DNA of 64,000 nucleotides, taken from the NCBI GenBank assembly GCA_951406725.2, contig OX597830.1:23808001-23872000 (forward strand). Direction: 5' to 3'. The notes beneath the pieces are model-generated. The model worked only from the letters and a program-made list of their open reading frames with translations, was not told where the DNA came from and did not search any database. Below, piece by piece: positions 1-13,810 of the stretch; positions within the stretch are counted from its first letter, which is position 1, and every line of letters begins with the position of its first letter. A program made the position numbers and the translations under genes. The stretch is from Octopus vulgaris. Its lineage: Eukaryota.

Positions 1-1018
1 TTTGTTCTCATCTGTATTCATCTGTATATTCTATGTGTTGTGTCTGTGTGTATAAGCGTATTTTTGTGTTTATACCAAGATATATATGCTTATACTAAGA
101 TATATATGTATATATATATATATATGTAGTTATGTCTACACAGACACATACACATATACATAAATATATACACATATCAATTTACGCATATATATATATA
201 TATATACACACATATGTAGGTATGTATATCTATCTATTTATCTATCTATATTCATATACTCATGTATGTATTTTTCAATACACACACACACATATACACT
301 AAGATATAACTAAAGTGTATGTATATATATATATATATATATACATACATACATATATATATGTATATACATACATACATATATATATGTAAATATATAT
401 TATGTAAGTGTATATATATATATTTATCATATATAGTGTATATATATGCATATGTACATAGGCATGCACATACACATATTTATAATATAATATAGTGATC
501 GATAGAAAGATATACGCAGGCATAGATATACACATATAAGTACTCATACACGTATATGCATACATTTGTGATACACACGCACATACATACACTCACATGT
601 TCACTCACAAAGCATTGAAAACATGACTAAACTAATTTTATTAATATTCTGTCAACTTGTTCTTACTATCGAATACTAATATTATTGCATTATGGAAGTT
701 GGTGAAGATGATGTAGAGGTTGCAGATGACGGAAATTGCTAAGTCGTGGAATCAACGTACTGCGGCTATTTATTTTCACCTCGACAGTTACCGGGTTCGA
801 ATCAGATTACCGCCGAGTTAACAAATTGATTTTTTTTTCTTTTCTCTTTGTCTTATCTTTTTCTCTTTTTTTTATTTTGCATTACAATGCAAGTATTAAA
901 AGAAAAGTATTAATTTTATCCACATCCATTAATCAGCATGTTCGTTACTTACCGTGATCGAATCCCGCTACCGTCAACTTGAGCTGTTCTTTTTCTTTGT
1001 GTATTGTAAGTGTTAAAC

Positions 1019-1445
1019 GTTTCTGCTCTAGGCACAAGCCCCAAATTTTTGGGGAGGGGGCCAATCGATTAGATCGACTCCAGTACGCAACTGGTACTTA
1101 ATTTATCGACCCGAAATGATAAAAGGTAAGGTCGACTTCAGCGGAATTTGAACTCAGAACGTAAAGACAGACGAAATACTGCTAAGCATTCCCCCCGGCG
1201 TGCTAACGTTTCTTATTTCTTTATTGCCCACAAGGAGCTAAACATAGAGGGGACAAACAAGGACAGACAAAAGGATTAAGTTGATTATATCGACCCCAGT
1301 GATTAACTAGTACTTATTTAATCGACCCCGAAAGGATGAAAGGTAAAGTCGACCTCAGCGGAATTTGAACTCAGTACGTAGCGGCAGACGAAATATTGCT
1401 AAGCATTTCGTCCTGCGTGCTAACGATCCTGCCAGCTCGCCGCCT
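1019..1445 (-). mobile_element. SINE-A dimer (tRNA-headed SINE with Meta/MESC-like central domain)
   Basis: Minus strand reads AGGCGGCGAGCTGGCAG (head, A-box-like) ... GAGTTCAAATTCC (B-box-like) ... GTCGACTTT.CCTTTCATCCTTTCGGGGTCGAT..ATAAGTAC. Two units are joined at 1205-1220. Many homologous copies occur in the window. Confidence 0.9.
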
Positions 1446-1624
1446 TCATTGGAAGAATTAAAGAAATTACCACTTTTAACCACATCCAGCTATCAGCATC
1501 TTCGTCCGTTACCGAATTCGAATCCCGCTAGCATCGACTTCAGCAACAACACAGAGGGGGACACTACAAGGACGGACACAACACTACCACGGGGACATAA
1601 AACATAAAACGAATGAGAATGAAA

Positions 1625-2022
1625 TCTTTATATATAAAAGAGAAGTTGTGTGTCTGTCTCCTACGATTTAGATTCCAAACTACTCCCACATTTTGCGGTG
1701 CAGTTTAACCAAAACCGGGTATCTTATAGTCGTGATTCATATCGAGCCCTTCTGGGTATTAGCGCGCGTCTACGATGAGTTTACGATTTTAAAAAAAATT
1801 ACCATCATTTTTTTCCATTTTAATGCATTTTTTCGCTATTATATAAGGGAGGTAACTCTCTAAAAATGTCTACGATGAGTCAACGATTTAAAAGAAAATT
1901 TACCATAATTTTTTTTCCATTTTTAATGCATTTTTTTGCTATTTTTTTGGCTATAACTCTCTAAAAATGCTTATATAGTTATTTCCCTTACAAACCCGAG
2001 CAACTCCGGGCGATACTGCTAG
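1625..2022 (+). mobile_element. Non-autonomous Helitron
   Basis: Starts A|TC(TTTATATATAAAAG) and ends with a GC hairpin CCCGAGCAACTCCGGG, an 8-nt spacer, then CTAG|T. It sits between A and T with no TSD. There is an internal ~100-bp tandem duplication (GTCTACGATGAGT... at ~1768 and ~1868). Confidence 0.85.
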
Positions 2023-2729
2023 TGTTATATAAAAATGAAGAAATGAAATGGCTGCAAGGGCCCATTCCCATACAGTACCATTTGAACGTTTATACCCACT
2101 ATTTACAATCGTCTTATTTTTAATTATTTTTTCTTAATCATCTTTTTTTTCTCTTTTTTTTTCATGAAACACTTTTACTTTTTACTTTTTTTTCTTTCAA
2201 CAAAACAATTTTACTTTTTTTTTTTTCATTTTAATACTTCATGAAAGGCTCCAGGCTCTGAGTTCAACTACGGCTAGCATCGACTTCAGCACGTTTTATT
2301 TATTTATTTTAATATTGTTGTGTTCGTTTCTAGCATTGTAAGTATTAAATAAAGAACTAATTTAATATTCATCCAAATACCAACATTCAGCGGTTAGCCC
2401 TGACCCGAAACTTTGTCCCCTCAAAACATCCAAACTGCAGCCTCCTATGAGCATATTCCAGCGTCGGACAAAATCCTTAGCGGTATTTTATCCGGCTTCT
2501 TACATTCTGAGTTCGAATGTCACCGATGTCAAGCTTTACTTTTCACCCTTTCGGGTTCGATAAAACAAATTATCCTTGGAGTGCTAGGGTGCAAATACAT
2601 ATGCTGGCCTTGGACAAAAATTCGGTACGAATATTATATCATGGAAGTTGATGAGGATAATGAAGCTGTGGGATATAACGGAAACGTTCGAATCATAGAC
2701 TTAGTGCACTTCCATTATTTAGTTACACC

Positions 2730-3052
2730 CAAATTCCGCCGAGGTTGACTTTGCCGTTCATCCTTTCGAGGTCGATTAAATAAGTACCAGTTACGCACTG
2801 GGGATCGATGTAATCGACTTAATCCGTTTGTCTGTCTTTGTCTGTCCTCTCTGTGTTTAGCTCCTTGTGGGTAGTAAAGCAATAGGTATTTCGTCTGTCT
2901 TTACGTTCTCAGTTCAAATTCCGCCGAGGTCGACTTTGCCTTTTATCCTTTTGGGCTCGATAAATTAAATATCAGTTGCGTACTGGGTCAATCTAATCGA
3001 CTGGTACCCTCCCTCAAAATTTCGGGCCTTGTGCTTAGAGTAGAAGAGAATA
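2730..3052 (+). mobile_element. SINE-A dimer (first unit 5'-truncated)
   Basis: Two central domains joined at the recurrent junction AAAG.AATA|GGTATTTCGTCTG (~2877-2897); ends with tail type 1 (GCCTTGTGCTTAGAGTAGAAGAGAATA). Confidence 0.9.
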
Positions 3053-3067
3053 TTATTGCATTACGGA

Positions 3068-3800
3068 GACGACTAAAGGAGGAAAACAGGCAGAATCGTT
3101 AACACACCGGACAAAACCTTTAGCGGTAGTTCATCCGGTCTTTTTTTACGTTCTGCTAACTTTATATATCAACCCTGAATGTAGGGATGGTGGTGTAAAT
3201 CAAGTACCAGTTATGCACTGAGATGGATGTTACCGACTTAATCCCTCCCCTAAAATTTCAATCCTTGTGCCCAGAGTACAAGGTAGAATGTTCAATCAGT
3301 CACCAATTGTTTCATTTCGAAGGAGCGCTACTCTTTCTCTTACACTCAGACATCATTTCCTCACTAAACGAAAGATAATATTGGCTTTTAATTTTGGTAC
3401 AAGGCCAGAAAATTCGGTATGTGTGTGTGTGGGGGGGATGTAAGGGTAAGTCGATTACAGTGTCCCTACTGCTCAACTGGAATAGATTTTATTAACCTCG
3501 AAAGGTTGAAAGGCAAAGGTGACCCCGGTGGAATTTGAACTCAGTACGTAAAGATGGAGGAAATGCACTGCAGTATTTATTTTGTCCGGTGTACTAACAA
3601 TTCTGCCAGCTCACCACCTTTAAACGAAGGATAATAGCGATTTCAAATTTTGGCACAAGGCCAGCAATTTCTGGGGAAGGAGTAAAGTCGATTATTCCGA
3701 CCCCAGTGTTTAACTGGTACTTATTTTATTATCGACCCCGATAAGATAAAAGGCAAAGTCGACCTCGGGGGAATTTGAACCATGAACGTGAAGACAAGAT
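3068..3800. mobile_element. Three older, diverged SINE-A copies (3068-3285 +; 3385-3620 -; 3638-3800 -)
   Basis: Recognisable head, B-box and central-domain motifs with many substitutions; the minus copies carry the tail GGCCTTGT.CCAAAATT. Confidence 0.75.
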
Positions 3801-3827
3801 ATTGAGATAATGTTATTAGCTTGAATA

Positions 3828-4630
3828 AGGCGGCGAGTTGGCATAAACATTAGCACGCCGAGCGAAATGTTTTGCGGTATTTCGTCTGTCGTTATGTTCT
3901 GAGTTCAAATTCCGCCGAGGTCAACTTTGTCTTTCATCCATTCAGGGTCGATAAATTAAGTACCAGTTCGGCACTGGGGTCGATGTAATCGTCTTAATCC
4001 CTTCGTCTATCTTTGTTTGTCCTCTCTATGTTTAACCCCTTGTTTGCAATAAAGAAATAAGAAACATTAGCACACCGGGAGAAATGCTTAGAGATATTTC
4101 GTCTGCCGTTACGTTCTGAGTTCAATTTCCACCGAGGTCGACTTTGCCTTTCATCCTTTCGGGGTCGATAAACTAAGTACCAGTTACGCACTGGGGTCGA
4201 TATAATCGACTTAATCCGTTTGTCTGTCCTTGTTTGTCCTCTCTGTGTTTAGCTCCTTGTGGGTAGTAAAGAAATAGGTATTTCGTCTGCCGTTACCTTC
4301 TGAGTTCAAATTCCGCCGAGGTCGATTTGCTTTTTATCCTTTCGAGGTCGATAAATTAAGTACAAGTTGCGTACAGGGAACGATCTAATCGACTGCCTCC
4401 TCCCTCAAAATTTCGGGCGTTGTACCTACAGTAGAAAAGAATCGTTAGGACGTCGGAAAAAAAGCTTAGCAGCATTTCGTCCCTTTTTACGGACTGAGTT
4501 CAAATTCCGCCAAGGTCGACTTTGCTTTTCATCCTCTTAGTGACGATAAAATAAAGTACAAGTTGAATTATGGAGTCGATGTAATCGACCTAACCGCTCT
4601 CCTTGCGCTAAAAACTGAAATCAATATTAG
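3828..4630 (+). mobile_element. SINE-A four-unit head-to-tail array
   Basis: Full head at 3828. Junctions at ~4059 (AAAGAAATA|AGAAACATTAGC), ~4276 (AAAGAAATA|GGTATTTCG) and ~4440 (AAAAGAATCGTTAGG). The last unit is the most diverged. Confidence 0.9.
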
Positions 4631-5295
4631 TTGCTTGACTATTTTTAGGATGGTTTCATAGGAAATACGGAAAAGCTTGTTTATATTAAAAACGAATATG
4701 ATGTATAAAGTTTCAAACTTCGCTCTTCGTTAGAGATGAGCAAAAGATCATAAAATACCCCACAACAAACAAACGGACGTCTAAAAAACATCAGTTATCG
4801 TTTGTGAGTGATCTGGCAAATATAACGTGTAATTTGTAGTAACTAGACCTAGCAAAGCATCAAATCAAAGCAGCGGCACATATCATAGCAACTCGGTCGT
4901 CTGCTGGTTTTCAATAGAATTATTAACTGCGAACGTTACTAAATGTGAATCATTAAAAATAAGTCATATCGAAGTATTCAATAAGATCAGATAGGTTTAA
5001 TAAAAGATGTCAGAAACCATCGCTGTAAAAGGTATTTCTATATTTGTAATATGAGGTTTTGGTGATAGGTTCATACTCAATATGACAGGGTCATCAGAAA
5101 CTATTAGCCAATCCTATTTTAACAAACGACGCATCCCTCTCCATTTTGCAACAACCGCGCTCACTCCGTCATACTGTATGTATGAATGTCCGTATATACA
5201 TAGAGAGATAGAGACATGAGAACGAGAGAGAGAGAGAGGAGGGAAAGAGAGAGGTGACAGTGAGAAGGTTCTAAACAGAATGAGATGTGGCAGGA

Positions 5296-5310
5296 TTATT
5301 TATTAATATG

Positions 5311-5369
<59 letters not shown>

Positions 5370-5710
5370 CATACATATATATATATATATGTATATCTGT
5401 ATATATATATATATAAGTAATACTAAGCAATAAGGGTTCAGCAACGAATTGCCTTACCACATACCGAATTTAGAAATAGCAGTCAAAGGGTTATAGCTAT
5501 TTCTTCTATTTCACCCTTCATTATTACGGATAACTATATATATATATATATATATATCTGTATATATATATATATGTATATATACGTATATATATATATA
5601 TATGTATATACATATGTATATATATATATAAATGTATATATATGCTTATATATGTATAGATATGTGTGTGTGTGTGTGTGTGTGTATATATACGTATATA
5701 TATACATATA

Positions 5711-5761
<51 letters not shown>

Positions 5762-5802
5762 GTATATATATATATGTATATATATATATGTGTATATATA
5801 TG

Positions 5803-5839
<37 letters not shown>

Positions 5840-5845
5840 ATACAC
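5296..5845. repeat. (TA)n/(TG)n microsatellite field with a ~115-bp embedded module (5415-5533)
   Basis: Microsatellites read directly. The module AAGGGTT.AGCAAC...ACCACATACCGAA..TTTAGAAATAGCAGTCAAA recurs at ~18305-18380. Confidence 0.85.
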
Positions 5846-6030
5846 TCTCACCTTTCTAAACTAATTAAATAATGGCTTCGTTGCGCAAAAGACACACTTC
5901 TTATTGATATTTTACCTCCATCTTCTTATCGTCTATATGTAAATATATATATGTATATTATACTATAGTATATTCAATTATAACATGCATATGTACATGT
6001 GTGCGTATATGCGTACGTATATGAATATAT

Positions 6031-6190
6031 AAGAAGCTTGCTTCCCAACCACATGGTTCCTGGTTCAGTACCATTGTATGGTACCTTGGGCAAGTATCTT
6101 CTACTATAGCTTCGGCTCGACCAAAGCCTAGTGAGTGGATTTGGTAGAAGGTAAATGAAAGAAGCCCGTCGCATATAAATGCAAATAGTA

Positions 6191-6273
<83 letters not shown>

Positions 6274-6595
6274 GTGTGTGTGCTTGTTTGTGTGAGTATA
6301 TGTATATATATATATATGTACACATATATATGTAGATATGCGTATATATATATATGTGTATGTGTCTTTGTGTTTGCGTGTGTCTCCCCATCAACGCTTG
6401 AACGCCGGTGTTAATGTTTTTTGGGCTCCTGTAACTTAGCAGTTCGGCATAAATCACCGATAGAATAAGTACTAAGCTTCAAACAATAAGTTCTGGGGTC
6501 GATTTGTTCTGCTAAAACTTTTCAAGGCGGTGCTCCTGCATAGCGGCAGTCAAATCACTGAACTGAAACAAGTAGAAGAATAAAAGAAAATAAAA
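6031..6595 (+). mobile_element. SINE-B (bipartite tRNA-headed SINE with internal microsatellite), head slightly truncated
   Basis: AAGAAGCTTGCTTCCCAACCACATGGTTCC.GGTTCAGT...CCTTGGGCAAGT...GAAAGAAGCCCGTCG, then (TA)n(TG)n, then a 3' half ending GGCGGTGCTCC.GCAT.GC.GCAGTCAAAT...GAAACAAGT..AAGAATAAAAG. Confidence 0.85.
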
Positions 6596-6925
6596 GCATA
6601 AATATTTATAAATAAATATATATACATATGTCCTGTTATTACTATTATTGTTTTTTTGTATTTATATTCGTGTGGCATCGTCCGTTTTTCTGTCCTTGTT
6701 TCGTGTACATTCGATCATTTTTCCAAGAAATCTAATGCTCGTAGCTTAGTTTTTCCTTGGGGCTGGCCGGATCGGAGCGATCTCAAGATTAATCAGCCGA
6801 AATTGCGAGGATGATCCGGTTCTTGACTGAAGATTGAAGGCTTCGAATGTCCAGTCCGTGTTTTTTGTATCGTCTTCTAAATGTTTTACGTTCTTGTCCC
6901 AGTTTGTATTTTTCTACATATAATA

Positions 6926-6969
<44 letters not shown>

Positions 6970-7047
6970 GGTCCCGGGTTGATTCGGGGTTAACCACAGT
7001 AAATAAGGTACTCAATACATAGCAGAGTAAAATTAATTTATTATATA

Positions 7048-7279
7048 TATTTCTTTACTACCCACAAGGGGCTAAACACAGACGGGACAAACAAGGTCAG
7101 ACAAACGGATTAAGTCGATTATATCGACCCCAGTGTGTAACTGGTACTTAATTTATCGACCCCGAAAGGATGAAAGGCAAAGTCGACCTCGGCGGAATTT
7201 GAACTCGGAACGTGACGACAGACGAAATACAGCTACGCATTTCGCCCGGCGTGCTAACGTTTCTGCCAGCTCGCCGCCT
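7048..7279 (-). mobile_element. SINE-A young monomer with TSD
   Basis: Near-consensus full copy; flanking repeat TAAAATTAATTTAT at 7028-7041 and 7281-7294. Confidence 0.92.
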
Positions 7280-7288
7280 ATAAAATTA

Positions 7289-7327
<39 letters not shown>

Positions 7328-7331
7328 TCTC

Positions 7332-7371
<40 letters not shown>

Positions 7372-7413
7372 TATATATAATTTATGATTATAAATGTATG
7401 TAAATATATATAT

Positions 7414-7707
7414 AATTATAATTAATGGTATCTAAGAGATACCACAATGCTAGATATAGCAGTCAAAACTTGACTCTAAAACCACATTAAATGATCATAG
7501 GAGAGAAGACAAAGGGACAAAATAAACTAGCAGAAAACAAGAAATACTGGATAATTCTAGTAATCATCCAGTAATTTTTTTGCTAGTTTATTTTGTCGCT
7601 TTGTCTTCTCTCCTGGTGCTGTATGAACATTTATTGTGGTTTTAGAGTCAAGTTTTGGCTGCTATATCTAGCATGGTGGTATCTCTTAGATACCTTAAAT
7701 TATAATT
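7414..7707. repeat. ~295-bp near-perfect palindrome (foldback element)
   Basis: The left arm GGTATCTAAGAGATACCACAATGCTAGATATAGCAGTCAAAACTTGACTCTAAAACCAC... is the reverse complement of the right arm ...GTGGTTTTAGAGTCAAGTTTTGGCTGCTATATCTAGCATGGTGGTATCTCTTAGATACC. The centre is near 7556-7561. Confidence 0.92.
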
Positions 7708-8334
7708 TTAATAATAATTATTACATTTGAGGTTTTTATTCCCATGCTATCCACCTGATAACATTGGTATTTTAAATAACGATCTTATCCTGATATGTAT
7801 ATATATATATATATAAATTTAAGATTACGTAGGGTATGTAATACCACTTGCTAGAATAAGAGCCATTGCTCCAAAGAGCACCATAAAAATTACGATAAAG
7901 ATACACATAAGCAATGCAATGAACATTCCAGAAATAGGCTTACCTTCGCTTTGAATACATAGAAAAGTAATACATATTTCAATACCAATTGATTTCACGA
8001 ATTTGCACGACGAACAGCATTTAACATTTATTTGTAAAATATTCACTACGTTAGCTCGTATACACATACGTAAACACAAAGGGACGACGATCTACGTGCA
8101 CATGTAAATAAACATGTGTACGTACTCTTACAAGGGAAACGCATGTATTCATTTCTTTACACACAGCTGTACTTACACATACATTCATAAATTCTCACGC
8201 TCAGACACACACAAACACATATACCATATATACACATATCTACATACACACACACACACATACACACACACACACACACACATACAAATATATCTACTTT
8301 TAGATATACATATATAATGTATATATATATATTT

Positions 8335-8714
8335 TTTATTCTTTTAATTTTTTTATTTTTATCTAGTTTCAGCTCACAAGCTGTGGCCATGCTGGGGCAC
8401 CGCCTTTAGTCGAGCAAATCGACCCCAGGACTTATTCTTTGTGCCCAGTACTTATTCTATCGGTCTATTTTGCCGAACCGCTGACGGGGACGTAAACACA
8501 CCAGCATCGGTTGTCAAGCAATGCTAGGGGGACAAACACAGACACACAAACACACACATACTATATTAGACAGGGTTCTTTCAGTTTCCGTCTACCAAAT
8601 CCACTCACAAGGCATTGGTCGGCCCGGGGCTATAGCAGAAGGCACTTGCCCAAGATGCCACGCAGTGGGACTGAACCCGAACCATGTGGTTGGTTAGCAA
8701 GCTATACCACACAG

Positions 8715-8718
<4 letters not shown>
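8335..8718 (-). mobile_element. SINE-B full copy (variant tail hairpin CAGC-TTGTGA-GCTG)
   Basis: Both halves match other SINE-B copies; short internal CA/TA run. Confidence 0.88.
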
Positions 8719-8772
<54 letters not shown>

Positions 8773-9376
8773 GTATATATATACATATGCATACGTATAT
8801 GCATATATTTATTATTCATTGTCTTCACTCACACGGAATAATGATTTCCTCAATCATTAGAAATAAACAGTACTGGCACGCGACCGCACTTGCACACACA
8901 TACACCCGCACACACACGCACGCACACACATACACCCGCACACACACGCACACACACACACACATATCCACACGTTTCCCTCCCTTCCAGAGGACAATGA
9001 GCTAAAAGGCACAACGAATTAATTATGTCATAGTTTTCTCTTATATTTAATGTATTACAGAACGGAACTCCCGTCATGTGATACTTAATAACGTTAAACC
9101 CTATATATACGTTGGGTTTAAAAGGCACAGGGAATTGAGTCTAATCCATATATTAATTTTAATGTGTCTCGGTTGTTGATTTGTGTTTGTACCACTTTGT
9201 ATATTAATTTCTAGATGCTATGCTCAAAATGTATGTAAATAATATATTTTCGTTTAGGCATCGCGTTTACCACCGTTTAAGTAATATGGACTAGCTATAT
9301 CGGGCTCAAAGTAAGATTTAGTTTATATATGTGTGTATATACATATACATACATACATACATACATACATACATAA

Positions 9377-9439
<63 letters not shown>

Positions 9440-9546
9440 CATGTATACTTACATATATACAAATATGTAAGCACACATATGCATACACCTATGTATACGT
9501 GTGTATATATATATATATATATTTATACGCATGCACACACACATAT

Positions 9547-9583
<37 letters not shown>

Positions 9584-9856
9584 AGATTCAGTTTCTGTCT
9601 GCTAAATTCATTTGCAAGACATTAGTCAACTGAGTGCTATAGTAGAAGATACATGCCCAAGATGCCACGCAGTGGGACTGAATCCAGAACCATGGGATTG
9701 GGAAGTAAGCTTCTTACCACACAGCTATGTAAATTATTTGATTCAGAATCCAGTTGTATTACAACATTTAGTTTCGCCATTACATCTGTTTTCCAGGTGT
9801 AAGTTTTTATCGATCTTCATGGTTTTGTTAACTATACATACGAAGAGGACATCATC

Positions 9857-10088
9857 TGTTTCTTTATTTCCCACAAGGGGCTAAACATAGAGGGGACAAA
9901 CAAGGACAGACAAACGGATTAAGTCGATTACATCGACCCCAGTACGTAACTGGTACTTAATTTATCGACCCCGAAAGAATGAAAGGCAAAGTCGACCTCG
10001 GCGGAATTTGAACTCAGAACGCAACGACAGACGCAATACCGCTTAGCATTTCGCCCGGTGTGCTAACGTTTCTGCCAGCTCGCCGCCT
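9857..10088 (-). mobile_element. SINE-A young monomer with 18-bp TSD
   Basis: TSD TACGAAGAGGACATCATC at 9839-9856 and 10089-10106. Confidence 0.95.
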
Positions 10089-10544
10089 TACGAAGAGGAC
10101 ATCATCATAGCACGCAATCCTTGAGTAAAAGCACTATACAACTAGTCACATCAGGATCTGTTCAAATAAAGGAAACCTTAATATCAAGTACCACTCCGGG
10201 CGAAAATACATCTTTAACATAGTAAGGTCTTCTCAATATGCACTTACCCTTCTCCTTCGGGAGAAGAAGGTGATGAAATTTCTTCAGAGAAGTGATGAAA
10301 TATTTTCTGCGAAGTTACCTTATCACCCCTCAAAATTATTGACACTCCGTGCTGATCTGGTAAGGTCTATCAAAGCATCGCCTCATCAGTATTTTGAAAG
10401 GCGGGAAGGTGTTTGAGACTGGCTCGTCCTTCAGCCGCAACAAGGGAAAGGAAGACTCTCTGCATTCTTGTGTTGGGTTCATCTTTCAAATCTCATTAAA
10501 TCGCTTAAATATATGTGTTTATGTCAATATGATTAGAACTGGGA

Positions 10545-11163
10545 AGGCGGCGAGCTAGCGGAATCGTTAGCACACCAGACGAAATGCTTAGCGGTATTTC
10601 GTCTGCCGCTACGTTCTGAGTTCAAATTCCGCCGAGGTCGACTTTGCCTTTCATCCTTTCTGGGTCGATAAATTAAGTACCAGTTACGTACTGGGGTCGA
10701 TGTAATTGACTTAATACCTATGTCTGTCCTTGTTTGTCCCCTCTGTGTTTAGCCCCTTGTGGGTAATAAAGAAATAGGTATTTCGTCTGCCGCTACGTTC
10801 TGAGTTCAAATTCCGCCGAGGTCGACTTTGCCTTTCATCCTTTCGGGGTCGATAAATTAAGAACCAGTTATGCACTGGGGTCGATGTAATCGACTTAATC
10901 CCTTTGTCTGTCCCTGTTTGTCCCGTCTATGTGTAGCCCCTTGTGGACAATAAAGAAATAAGAACCGTTAGCTCAATGGACGAAATGTTTAGCGGTATTT
11001 CGCTCGTCGCTACGTTCTGAGTTCAAATTTCGCCGGGGTGAAATTTGTCATTTATCCTTTCGGGGTCAAGAAAATAAATACCAGATGAACACTGGGGTCG
11101 ATGTAATCGACTCATCCCCACCTACCACAAGCTGCCCTTGTGGCAAAAATTTGTAATGAATAT
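10545..11163 (+). mobile_element. SINE-A three-unit array
   Basis: Junctions AAAGAAATA|GGTATTTCG (~10776) and AAAGAAATA|AGAACCGTTAGC (~10960); the last unit is older, with tail type 3. Confidence 0.92.
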
Positions 11164-11174
11164 TCACAGAACTG

Positions 11175-11480
11175 GTTCTTCGTCGTGACCGACGAAGAGT
11201 GTTTCAGTTGATCCGATCAACGAAACGACGTTCTTGTAAAATTCACGTGCAAGTAACTGAATACTCAACAAACGCGCGTACCCACCATAGCATAGGGGTC
11301 ATCAGTGACAATTAGCGTGACGACACAGAATATGACATGGCTGACACTTCATTTATGGGTACAACTCATAGTCTGGAGCAACATGAAATAAAGTGTCTGG
11401 ATGAAGGCGAGAACGCACCGCTTGGATTCGAACTCATATATTTACGAATGTGAACCGTTTACAGCAACTACTACGGCATA
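11175..11480 (-). mobile_element. Diverged SINE with CORE-like middle (as SINE-D) and SINE-C-type tail
   Basis: GTTGATCCGATCAACG...AAATT.ACGTGCAAGT matches the SINE-C tail; CTGGAGCAACATGAAATAAAGTGTC matches the CORE-like segment; GGATTCGAACTC is the B-box read antisense. Confidence 0.65.
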
Positions 11481-11869
11481 CTTTTAGTGGTATCATAATA
11501 CATACATACTAGTTTACAGACACACACACACACACACACACACACACGTATATATTTACATAAATTACATTTGGCTTTTAGCGTTGTAGTTTGCTTTATA
11601 AAGCCCCATCAGATGTTTCGGCTCCCATATATAAATTATATAACGAAAATCGATCGATTTAGGATATATATATATATTTATTAATGCATACATACATATG
11701 TATATATACATATATGTATATATGTATGTATCATTTCCTCCATATCTCCTCAGCCTTGTTATTTGAATAACTCCTGAAATATTCTTATTAGCTAATAAAA
11801 AATATTATATAAACTGTGATTTACATACTGGCTTCACTATCTGGCGTTTCTGAAACCACACAAAAGACA

Positions 11870-11870
<1 letters not shown>

Positions 11871-11963
<93 letters not shown>
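11871..11963. repeat. (CA)n perfect microsatellite
   Basis: Read directly. Confidence 0.98.
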
Positions 11964-11966
<3 letters not shown>

Positions 11967-12099
11967 GCAGATATATGTACCCCTGGCACATATATTTTGA
12001 CATATGCGTATATTGAAATTACGCACAATCATTGCATTATGATAAATTACATTATATATTCTCGTCTCTAACACCCTCTTAGTCACTCACTCATTCTCT

Positions 12100-12103
12100 C
12101 TGA

Positions 12104-12135
<32 letters not shown>

Positions 12136-12225
12136 GTAGATATATATATATAAATATAACTACATATATAAGCATATATACACGCATACAAACATTTATA
12201 TATTTTACAGACATATATGCATATA

Positions 12226-12271
<46 letters not shown>

Positions 12272-12523
12272 ATATGTACATTTTTATATATATATGTGTG
12301 TATATATATCTACATATATATACATACATATATATGCATATATATACACACATCCATACACACACACACACAGATTGGCTTAGGCATTCCCTACACTTGT
12401 GTAGCATTTCCTCTGCATCTCCCTCTTAGTCGCTCTCGCACTTAGTCCCTTTCCCTGTTCCTGTCCCTTCTTCGCCCTTCCTCTCTGTCTGCCTCTCACT
12501 CTCTCCCTCTCTCACACACTCTC

Positions 12524-12570
<47 letters not shown>

Positions 12571-12742
12571 CATACTAAGAGGGTTGACATGGGAACGAAG
12601 GATTGTCAGTGATTATCTGATTACAATCTATAATTGACATCAATAAAGTTAATTTGATTTATCGATTTCCGCGCAGACAATACTCATTATGTAGCAAAGT
12701 ATGTACGTGCATCTATGTACCTACGTATGTACGTATGCCTGC

Positions 12743-12798
<56 letters not shown>

Positions 12799-12915
12799 TT
12801 ACATATAGCGATGTATATCCATAGACACACTTATAGACTCAAAGTATTGTCTTTCCTAATAGACAATGCTTATTATGTATGTATATTTGTAGTCGTGTGT
12901 GCGTTTATGTGTGTG

Positions 12916-12958
<43 letters not shown>

Positions 12959-13303
12959 ATACGAACCATCGCCTCTCGCTCTTTTCCATCGATTCAATAA
13001 GCATTCTGGCTGCTAAGGATATACATATACATACAGCATATGGATATACATAGAGACTCATGCATCGTGTATACGTATATTATACATACATACAGTACGT
13101 ATATGCACACGTGTGTGCACATACTAAGACACTTAGGTATTTGTAGTTATATACATATGCAAATACACAAACATATACACCTACATACACACACATATAT
13201 ATATAGAGAGAGAGCGAGAGTGAGTGTTTGTGTGCGTTTGTACGTGAGTAGATATATGCATATGTATATAATCTGTGTATATACATATATACATAAAGAC
13301 ACG

Positions 13304-13338
<35 letters not shown>

Positions 13339-13360
13339 GTATGTGTATGTATATGTACAG

Positions 13361-13406
<46 letters not shown>

Positions 13407-13611
13407 TGTATATATGTAAAAATTTATATACACACAGGCATGTAAAATGTATTTACACAAACATAAAAGTATGCATGTGTGTAGCTACAGCATATGTATA
13501 TATATATAATTATGTATAAATATATATATAGACACACACACACCTTTATATATATATACACACACTTATAGTTATATACATACGTGCACACATACGTACA
13601 TACTAGATAAG

Positions 13612-13655
<44 letters not shown>

Positions 13656-13810
13656 CACATACACAATACGTACATATGTATATACAGGCAAACATACATG
13701 CATGCATACATACATACATACATACATACATACAAACATACATACATACATACATACATACATACATACATACATACATACATACATACATACATACATA
13801 CATACATACA
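12100..13810. repeat. Compound (TA)/(CA)/(TG)/(CATA) microsatellite field
   Basis: Read directly; source of many spurious YI/HT/VC/MYVC ORFs. Confidence 0.9.
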
